Origin: Octopus bimaculoides
Taxonomy: Eukaryota
Length of the DNA: 64,000 bases
Assembly: GCF_001194135.2 (NCBI RefSeq)
Contig: NC_068986.1
Coordinates: forward strand, 114,264,188 to 114,328,187
Direction of reading: 5' to 3'
The translations under genes were made by a program, and so were the position numbers. The stretch's first letter is position 1, and each line of letters opens with the position of its first letter. Under the pieces are notes generated by a model that saw nothing but the letters and a program-made list of their open reading frames with translations, was not told the origin of the DNA and ran no database searches. Positions 54,561 through 64,000 of this stretch are shown in pieces.

Positions 54561-55289
54561 GCAGCTGATTGGCTACTATAGCAATGAAAAACAACCCTTC
54601 ATACATTCACACTACCGAGCAATATTTTTTTTTGCTTATAATGATAATTAAGTACACTTCTATCTATTTTTTTATTTATATTTATGTCTATATTTCGTAC
54701 ATTATAACTGAAAGGATCCGATTTCCAGTACACGGAGTTGCTCGTTTCCGATCAGCTACCAAACCGATCCTGGTTTTAAGTATCCATTCTTTGAAATCTT
54801 TTTTTTTTTTTTTTTATAAAATGAAAGCTTGAAGAAAACGCTTAACCTTATGTTCTTTCGTTTAAAAACTTCTGTGAGTGACACGTGCGAAAATAGCTGC
54901 TTCAGCTCACGCTTTNNNNNNNNNNNNNNNNNNNNNNNNNNNNNNNNNNNNNNNNNNNNNNNNNNNNNNNNNNNNNNNNNNNNNNNNNNNNNNNNNNNNN
55001 NNNNNNNNNNNNNNNNNNNNNNNNNNNNNNNNNNNNNNNNNNNNNNNNNNNNNNNNNNNNNNNNNNNNNNNNNNNNNNNNNNNNNNNNNNNNNNNNNNNN
55101 NNNNNNNNNNNNNNNNNNNNNNNNNNNNNNNNNNNNNNNNNNNNNNNNAAAATGACTGAACGTTTAGTGCTGACTGTGGAAAAGTCGGGAGAAAGAGTAG
55201 TCATAACTTGTCTAAATGACTGTGTGAACACACGAGAAACTTGTCTATATATGTGTAAATATACGTTCGAACATATATGAAATAAGAAA

Positions 55290-56831
55290 CACTCTCAGCG
55301 CGTGTCTTCGCATCATCAACCACCGCATGCCCAGCCCTCCTTTTAACGGGTGTTGGCAGCAAACGGATCGCCTGACCATCGGAACGCATCCTTTCCACAA
55401 GAAGCGGAAGAGAATGCGTTCCAGTTTGGTAATGGTAGGGTCGGGACACGGCACGACGGTCAGTTGGAAGTAGATGACGGACGCGATGTAGGTGTTCGCC
55501 ACCTCCGCCCGATCTTTTATGGACAGCTTCCTTTCGGTCCATTGCCAGGCGAGAGTGTCCACCCTACTCGTTATCTTGTTCCAGTTCTCCGTTTGAAGGT
55601 CCGGACCAATCCAGACCTCGAGCAACTCGACCGGACCGTCGCTCCAGTGTCCCACAACGGAGGCGCTGGTGGACGGCATGGGCTTGCTTCTCCAGGTGCT
55701 GAACTGCAAGCCCACGGACTTTTCCCGGTTGATTTTCGCTCCTGCTACCACTTCATAGTCTTTCAGTGTCTCGCCGACCAGCTCGATGTGCTTCTAGCCA
55801 GACAATATGACGGTATGCAGATACGCTCGACCCGCATCCCAATTCTCACGGGATGCCCCTCAGCGTCGCCAACTTCCGCAGTAGTGGTACGAGAGTCAAT
55901 ACGTATATAAGCGATGAGAGGGGGCATCCCTGACGGACCGAACGTGCAATGTCGAAAGGTCTCCATAGACATACATTTACGCGAATTACCGAACGGATAC
56001 CTCTGTACAAAGCAGCTATCAAGCTGCGGAAGACGGGACCGAAATCAGCCGCTATGAGAACAGCCTCCAAGTATCGATGGTCTACCCTATCGAAAGCTTT
56101 GGACTGATCCAAATTCATCAGGGCCCTACCCATGTCAGGCTCCTTAACTACCCTGTCTATGATGTAGCGCATCAGATGGAGGTTGTCATGGATGATCAGG
56201 CCCGGCACGGCGCACGTTTGCGCCCTGTCGACCAGTTTCTCGATGACAAGCGCCAACCTTTTGGCTAACACCTTAACCAAAATTTTCAAGTCTGCATTGA
56301 GCAGAGTAACGGGCCTAAGGTTATCTATTACGTCCCCCTTGTTTGGGTCTTTCTTCAGCAGCGTTACGGCTCCTCGGCTCACAAAACCGGGACGCTCCCG
56401 TTTTACTGCCAGTTACCGTACACTGCTGCCAAGATGTCTCCAAACAAGTCTGGCATACAACTGTAAAGCTCGTTGAGTAGACCATCCAAACTCGGCGATT
56501 TGTCCTTCGAGCATTCTACCATCGCGTCCCGCACTTCCGCCGCCGTTATGGCATTTTCGCAGCACACTGCCTCTCATGTCGAGAATCGTGGCAGGCTGTG
56601 CAGGTAGGCACTGAAGTCCACCCTGCGCTCTCGCTCGCCACTCGTCCCGGACAGTCGGGTAAAATGCTAGTGAAAGGCCTCATACATTTTACTTGGCTCG
56701 AGTAATTTGCGCCCTTGTTCTACCAGAGACTGCAGGTGTTGAACTGCAGCTGTTTAAACGGAAGTAAACGAGCTCATCGGGCCAGACTTCCTGCAGTGGT
56801 CACGGGCAGTGTGACTTTCTCAGAACTCAGA
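55290..56831 (-). mobile_element. Tx1/L1-like LINE RT fragment, frameshifted
   Basis: NLRPVTLLNADLKILVKVLAKRL...AQTCAVPG..IHDNL...LDQSKAFDRVDH...SVRQGCPLS, then GAKINREKS...LFRFLWKG...HPLKGGLG. Confidence 0.92.
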
Positions 56832-56903
56832 NNNNNNNNNNNNNNNNNNNNNNNNNNNNNNNNNNNNNNNNNNNNNNNNNNNNNNNNNNNNNNNNNNNNN
56901 NNN

Positions 56904-56932
<29 letters not shown>

Positions 56933-56935
<3 letters not shown>

Positions 56936-57060
56936 GGCGTGTGACTTAGTGATTAGGATGTTGCACTCAGGATCACCAGATTATGACGTTTCACGTTGCG
57001 CTAATCCACTGAGCTGTTGATGACTAACCCTAGAACTGACTAGCACTGCCTGGACAGAGG
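56933..57060 (+). mobile_element. SINE family C, degenerate
   Basis: gaaggcgtgtgacttagtgattagg head; tttcacgttgcgctaatccactgagctg body. Confidence 0.6.
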
Positions 57061-57178
57061 GGTAGAGTCCTTCGAAAGCTTCCACAGTGCATTGTGACTA
57101 TCAGCGTATAACAACATCCGATAGCCAGGTCGATATGTATATATATATATATATACATACATATATATATACATTTAC

Positions 57179-57223
<45 letters not shown>

Positions 57224-58569
57224 CTTATATATATATACATATATATACATACATATGTATGTGTATATATATATAAATATATAAATACATATATATATAC
57301 ATACATTTATATATATAAACACATACACATACAAATATATATATTTATACATACATATATATATATGTGTATATATATACATACATACATATATGTACAT
57401 GCATACATGCATACATACATACATACATGCATACATACATACATACATACATACATACATACATACATACATACATGCAGATATACACTCATATTCTATG
57501 TGTTTATCTGTGTGTTTGTATATTGATATACATATGTATAAAGTCTAGTAGATTTTCACTGATGACAAGCTTTCCCATTTTTTCCTTTTTTCCTGTTGCT
57601 GTATTGTAATACTGTAATATATCATTACCGTTTGATGTTGACTGAACGTAATACAAATTATGTTCTCTTTTACGAGCTTTTTCATGTTTTCGGCTTTTGT
57701 TTTTGTTTTGTTTTCTTTTTTCTTTTTTTGTTTCTTGGTTTTTATTTTTTGCAGTTTCATAATTCTAGATTGTTTTATTAGTTTTATGTTATCAAAAAGC
57801 CATAAACAGATCACAACATGTGTTATATCTAATCATGAGCTAACACTAATAACATATGAATGAAATACAAGAATTAAAACCTCATCATTCTGAAACTAGA
57901 AGACTGTATTCCATGGAATATACTTCACATGAGCATTATGATATATACCCATATAATAAGGCAAGTGGAGAGCAATCACCTTGTCGTACACATGATGAAA
58001 ATAACAATTAAATTTCTCCCAGATCATGCTCTAATGTATTTAAAGAAATCGGACACAGTAGTCGATGTTGATAATTGGTAAGCAACAGAACGTTCACACT
58101 TGAAAATTCTTTTGATTATAAGTCTCCTCGTTCAGGGCAGTCTTGTGGCTAAACAACAAGGAATTGTGAGGCAACTATGACAGTTCTAAGCATGTAAAGT
58201 CGGATTCGACATGTTATATCAGACACACAAATATGACATACTGTCGTTGAGTTTACAACAATGATCTGTTGCAGCCCTGTAGAACACAAAACAAAACTAG
58301 ACAGAAAAATGTGGCTTAATAACACAGCATATTTAGGATTCTCAACAAATTTTAGAAGTTCCATTCATGGTAAAGTACAAAGGAAACATTTACACCGAAA
58401 TTACTACATCCAAGTAACATACCAGAACAGAGTATAATTGCTAAAAGTAAGTTGAAATTAATAGTTAGAAACTGGAATCTGGTGATGAAGCGATATTTCT
58501 ATGATATTGCTACTCACTATGAAAAGCAGTAACAAACACTAACAGCAACCGTCACATGAGGTTGAGTTC

Positions 58570-59760
58570 GAGTCTGCATCAGTTGTCACATTTTACTGCG
58601 TTTCCTGCATCTCTATCTCTTTTGTACATCAGGTACTCGGTTGATATTTCCTGTTACTGGATTGCAAACGCATACATTTCGAAGTGGAAGGTAGTAATCC
58701 AGCTATTGGTCCGTGATAAACTACTTTCATGATCGATGTTACTATCATCACGGAGCTTTCTAGTAACATATCCCAGCATCGTCTTCTGCTCGTATAGTCT
58801 CATCCTTTCATCTGATGATGCGTTGCGATAGATTCGTGCAATTCTTTGGGTATGTATTGGGTATGTTATCAGACAAAGAGTGTTGATGAAGGAGCTGCCT
58901 TCCAAGTTTTATGATGTTATCAGCCTCGTGTATACAAACTTTGTCAAGAGATGGACTTCGACACTTGGTGGTTAAAAGATGTTGCCGAAGGGATATGATG
59001 CGACATCCAAAGGCGTTTTGGATCGACCTTAAGCCTCTTCCACCTTGTTTTCGTTTTAGGTAGAGGCGGTCTACGTCACTGTTTATGTGGAAATTATGTG
59101 TGCTTGTTACTGTTTTTCAGGTGTTTACATCAATGGCTCGGATCTCATCAAGCAGCCCAAATGTTGGTATTACTACTGGCAAGTCAAACACATTATGGGC
59201 CATTGCTTTATTGAATGCACCGAGTTCTGAGGTCTAGATTTTCTTTATTCAGCCGTAATATTCATTAGTGACACGTGTTTTATTACAAGTGCAACTGTAA
59301 GATATATTTCCCTCCACCCCTAGATACCTGTAACATTCCTCGTCAGATACAGGGGAAACAGTCAAATCATTAATGGAGGTATTACTAGTCTGGTTTTTAG
59401 TTTTCCTCCTTTTCACAACCATGTAACAACATTTATCCTGACCAAACTCTAACCCCACATACATTGAGAATGTTGTAACTAGGTCAAGGCTCTTTTCATC
59501 TCATGCATATTCCTTGCATAAAGTCTTAAGTCATCCACAAAGAAACAGTGTGTAATTTTGGTATTTCTGTTTCCTTGTGAACCAGTGAGATATCCTTCAG
59601 TTTTCCTTAACATGAATGACAAAGGGTTTACAGAAAATACAAAGAACATCACAGAGAGGCTGTCTCCTTGGAATATGCCTTTGCGATACTGTATTCTATC
59701 GGTGATAATACATTCACTCTTTTTGCTTAATTTCAAGATGGCGGCCCACGATGAAGTCAG
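58570..59760 (-). mobile_element. R4/Dong-type LINE RT fragment
   Basis: KGIFQGDSLS...ITHCFFVDDLRLYA, GLEFGQDKC...YRYLGV, DVDRLYLKRKQGGRGL and HFEMYAFAIQ*QEI. Confidence 0.88.
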
Positions 59761-59849
59761 GTCAGCTATGGCTTGACTATTCTCACTGGAACTTTAGCAA
59801 GCTGAAGGGCTTCTAGCATCCATGAGTGGGGAACAGAGTCAAAGGCTGG

Positions 59850-60010
59850 GGCACTGCCGTGCAGGGTTTTGGTCGATTAAATTGATTCCAGGACCTATTT
59901 TTAAGCCTGGTTCTTATTTCATCGATCCCTTACGCCGAAAGTTAAGTTACTGACGTAAACAAGCTGACAGCAGTTGTCAAGTGATTGTAGGGGACAAACA
60001 GAAAGAGAAA
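59850..60010 (-). mobile_element. SINE family B-type tail
   Basis: Reverse-complement similarity to 16200-16385. Confidence 0.6.
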
Positions 60011-60096
60011 GACAAACACACTGTAAATACATGTGAATTGTTGGCGATTTTTTTCCCTCCGTCTTCTTTTTCTCTTGCACTTTCCTCTGTCTTCTC

Positions 60097-60128
60097 TTTC
60101 TGAAGAAGAGCTTTGCTCGAAACGTAAA
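60097..60128 (+). ncRNA. Minimal type I hammerhead ribozyme motif in repeat family H
   Basis: TTT-CTGAAGA-A-GAGC(ttt)GCTC-GAA-ACGT-A-AA(gap); upstream gttggcgatttttt..cctccgtct is shared with 36460-36510(-). Confidence 0.65.
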
Positions 60129-60299
60129 NNNNNNNNNNNNNNNNNNNNNNNNNNNNNNNNNNNNNNNNNNNNNNNNNNNNNNNNNNNNNNNNNNNNNNNN
60201 NNNNNNNNNNNNNNNNNNNNNNNNNNNNNNNNNNNNNNNNNNNNNNNNNNNNNNNNNNNNNNNNNNNNNNNNNNNNNNNNNTATATATGAATGTACGTA

Positions 60300-60448
60300 G
60301 GACGGGCTTCAGTTTCGGTCGACCAAAGTCACTTGCAAGGCTTTGGTAGGTCCCAGATTATAGCAGAAGAATCTTGCCTAAGGTGCTACACAGTAGGAGT
60401 GACTCTGGAATAATGTGGCTGGGAAGCAAACTCCTCACCACACAGCCA
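60300..60448 (-). mobile_element. SINE family B
   Basis: Reverse complement of the B head (gacgggcttcagtttc...ccacacagccac). Confidence 0.75.
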
Positions 60449-60562
60449 CATATGTATGCAAGTACATGTGTGTGTGTGTGTGTGTGTGTGTCTGTGTGTG
60501 TGCGCGCGCGCGTACGTACGTGTGTGTGTATGTATAAAAGGGTAAAGATTGTCATAAACGAC

Positions 60563-60840
60563 CATTGGATTGCACCTTGAAAATTCCCCTCCGAGGCCCA
60601 AGTGTGGGCAAGGTGCTTTGTGGAAGCCCAGCAGTTGACCGTGCTTACCAGTTCCCCTTCTCCATGGCAACGCAGTTGTCCAAAGAAAAGGCAAATACCA
60701 ATACTTTTTAGCAACATTGACGCCGCGGCGGCTCATTTCTACAGTTGAGTGAACCTGAGCAACGTGAAAATAGTCCGGTCCGGAAGTCAAACTAACAATT
60801 TCATGATTGTAAGCCCCACGCTCTAATTACTGAGCAATAT
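60563..60840 (-). mobile_element. tRNA-headed SINE, further family
   Basis: Minus-strand head gctcagtaattagagcgtggggcttacaatc; body ttcacgttgctcaggttcactcaactg resembles C; different tail. Confidence 0.6.
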
Positions 60841-60869
60841 GGGAATTTATACATCTAACTTAACTTAAG

Positions 60870-61330
60870 CACGTAGGCTGTGGTAATCGTCTAGAGAACG
60901 CCGTAGGCTGCAGTAATCGTCTAGAGAAATCTTCTCGTCTAGACGTTAACTGCAAGAAAAGCATAGATTATATTGGCAGATGAAACTGCGTCAGCACCGG
61001 CAGATGCGACTGTTGTGTCACGTGATTTCAGCATAATTTGCGCTTCATCAGCAACAGATATCCTACTCGTGAATGTCAGATGGAAAACCACGCCGACTTT
61101 TTGCGATAGCACTGCTTAGCTGGTGTTAAACTATACCGGTTTGGCGGCGTTTTGATCTGGCATTTGGTGGTACGGCGTTAATGATGGAGCGCAAATTACG
61201 ATGAAATCACGTGACACAACAGTCCCATCTGCTGGTGCTGACAAAATTTCGCATGCCAATGTAATGGGTGTTTTTTTTTTATTAGCAGTTAACGTCTATA
61301 CAAGATAGCTTCACCGTAGCTTACGGCGTT
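60870..61330. mobile_element. Foldback/MITE with long imperfect TIRs
   Basis: 60942-61060 is the inverse of about 61175-61296 (gcagatg(c/g)gactgttgtgtcacgtgatttca nearly identical); TA flanks the gacgttaac/gttaacgtc ends. Confidence 0.85.
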
Positions 61331-61638
61331 TAAAACAACACATCTAAGTTGGATGTGTAAATTAATATTTGTTACAAAGGCTGCTTCCGCCGCTAATAGC
61401 TAATTTCTACACACACACACACACACACATACACATCTCTCTTTCTCTCTCCCTGTTCCTCTCTCTAGATTTATATATATATATATATATAAATCACACA
61501 CACACAAAATATACAGCACTATTAGAGTAGACTTGCCTCGATTCTGGACGAATTTAGACTTGTTCTATGTAGCCCATGTCTCTATATCCCCACCACACAT
61601 ATTCATGTATAATTGCTTGTGTATGTGTGCGTGCGCGC

Positions 61639-61677
<39 letters not shown>

Positions 61678-62969
61678 GTTATATATGTACTTACATGCAT
61701 ACATACATACATAAATTCTTATGTACAGCTATACATATTTATGCTAAATGCAAATATTTTTTAAATATATATATATATACACGAAATGTTCTCTCTTCTT
61801 AATCACTGTCGCTCTTTCTCTCATTCACTCTCTCTGACTATTTTCCTCATTCTCGTTCTGTCCAACGATCTGTCTGTAGTTTTGTGTGTCCATACACACA
61901 ATGAATATATGACATCCTATTAAAACACACAGTTAAAAAATAGATTTAAGAACTGTGGTGCAAGGTCAGTGTGAAGTGGGATAGCATTTCCTACAGAAAC
62001 CTTTATATTGACAGGAAACTAATTGGAAGACGTATGACCTGCAATTTCAGGAAAGGTCATATTTTCGGTTCCAGCATTCTTTGGCTTTTGTTCAGTAACA
62101 TACATATATTCGTTTTTACATATACACACGCAGATACACACTCCCCCAGCCAACACATACGCTTATACGTCTCAAACACACACCACACTACCACACATGT
62201 ATATGTAGGATTGTGTATATGTATATACATATATAAATGGAGTATATACACACACACATATATGTGTGCGTCCGCGCTCGCGCGCGCGCGTGTGTGTGTG
62301 GATGTATGGTAGGGTAAGTGGGTGTATATGTGTGTAAGGTAAGTATATATTTAAGAAAGTGTCTTCCTCACTTTTCAAAAAGAAAGAATTATTTTTATAC
62401 GCAAACATATGCGCACGTACATACATACATACATGCATACATATATACGTGCATACCTACATGCGTAAACACATATATACGTGAGTGTGTATGTGTGTGT
62501 ATGTGTGTGTATGTGTGTGTGTGTGTGTCTATATATGCGTCTAGATGTATATGCTGATATACATGCATATTCATATATGGTGTGTATACATTTATATAAT
62601 CACATACTTATATATTCATATAAAAATATATAACCGTTTGCCAGTTTATACTTACGGCGCATACATCTTCCTTATAATAGAATGTGACTAAACACCTTTG
62701 AAGTATGTGAATTAAGGCAAACATACGTTCACAGACACATACACATACATACACATATGTACATAGATAGACAGATATGTGAACGAAAATTGTCAAGCGT
62801 CACTGGCAAGCGAGTATAACATTGTAACGTGTACCATGGTTTCGCTAATTGTGTTAGATGTGTATGTATTAGCGACAGACATAGACCCACTTTCGGCCGT
62901 CATTCCATTGACCCAGTGGAACATTTAGGTGGTTACAGCTCCAGGGAGGGCCGGCTGCGCCAGCTGTTA

Positions 62970-63065
62970 TTTGGTATTCAGTTAAAACGGAGTAGATTGG
63001 AGTAACACGAAAAGTTTGCCTTGCTCAAGGACACACGCGCCATCCTGGCCTGGAAACGAATATCT
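62970..63065 (-). mobile_element. SINE C-like fragment
   Basis: gattggagtaacacgaaaagtttgccttgctcaaggacac resembles gactggagcaacgtgaaatgaagtgttttgctcaagaacac at 47747. Confidence 0.55.
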
Positions 63066-63316
63066 TCATGTGGTTAAAAGAGATAGGTAGATACATACGT
63101 GCATACGTGCATGTATGCATGCATATCTATCTGTCTGTCTATCTATCTATATTATATATTATATCATATACAGTCACCCGTTTTTAAGGTTAATGCACTG
63201 TGCTCACGGCCTTTAAGTATATGTAATTCTACAGATGTATCATGTCGCTTTCTCTCTCTATCTCTCTCGTTCTCTTTCTTTATACATATATGTGTGTGTG
63301 TGTGTGTACATATATG

Positions 63317-63389
<73 letters not shown>

Positions 63390-63417
63390 GCATTATGTAT
63401 ACATATATATATTTATT

Positions 63418-63468
<51 letters not shown>

Positions 63469-64000
63469 GTGTTCTTTTATTTTCTCTTTATTCTACCTTT
63501 CTCGTTCCCATGAAGGACGTATGCGCGAAACATTTTCATTTCTCTGAGTTAAACAAATAGCAATCACTTTTATCTCGCCCCTTTTTCTTTACACACATAC
63601 ATACCTACATTCATAAATACACGCACACACCAACATATTCATATGCACAGAAAATATAGAGTGGGAAATAATATTGGGTATGCATATGGCTATAATCATA
63701 TACATGCATGTATGTATACGTATATGTATGTGTATGTATATGTATATTTTTATCTATATGTTTGTATTCAAAAACCTCTCTGTGTGTGCGTGTGTGTGTG
63801 CGTGTGCGTGCGCATGTGTGTACACCGTAGCGAACTGTTGTTGTATTACGCTTTCAAAAGCCAGTCTTCTTTATCGTTAGAATTCATATCGAAAAACCAA
63901 CGCAAGCCATTTATATGCATTTAGTCCCAATAGTTCCAGTAATTCCACTGTAGTTCTTTATGTTCAAAACTGTGGTCGAATGACAAATTTCGGATTACAT

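Noticed and set aside
54860-55250. Possible hammerhead variants downstream of the Penelope fragment
   Set aside because: ctgtgag...cgaaaa and ctgtgtga...gaaac lack a convincing core and stems.
58245-58285. Minus-strand peptide ATDHCCKLND resembling a phospholipase A2 motif
   Set aside because: Lacks the catalytic His, is too short, and has no supporting exons.

Overview
AT-rich eukaryotic genomic DNA from a draft assembly with about 23 N-gaps, most abutting microsatellites. The SINE families, microsatellite load and LINE types look like a cephalopod, most likely Octopus (inference from recognising the repeats, not a database match). I cannot confidently identify any host protein-coding gene, rRNA, genuine tRNA gene or CRISPR array; most ORF-track entries are microsatellite or gap read-throughs. 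The window is a transposon graveyard: RTE, Tx1/L1-like and R4/Dong-type (RLE) LINE fragments, a Penelope-like RT/GIY-YIG fragment, several mariner remnants, hAT and foldback MITEs, and several tRNA-headed SINE families. The most notable signal is a set of minimal type I hammerhead-ribozyme motifs with identical geometry in three unrelated repeat families. One family is fused to a tRNA-like Pol III head, suggesting a hammerhead-carrying SINE with a Penelope-type tail. Another sits in a 152-bp tandem unit with a variant core.
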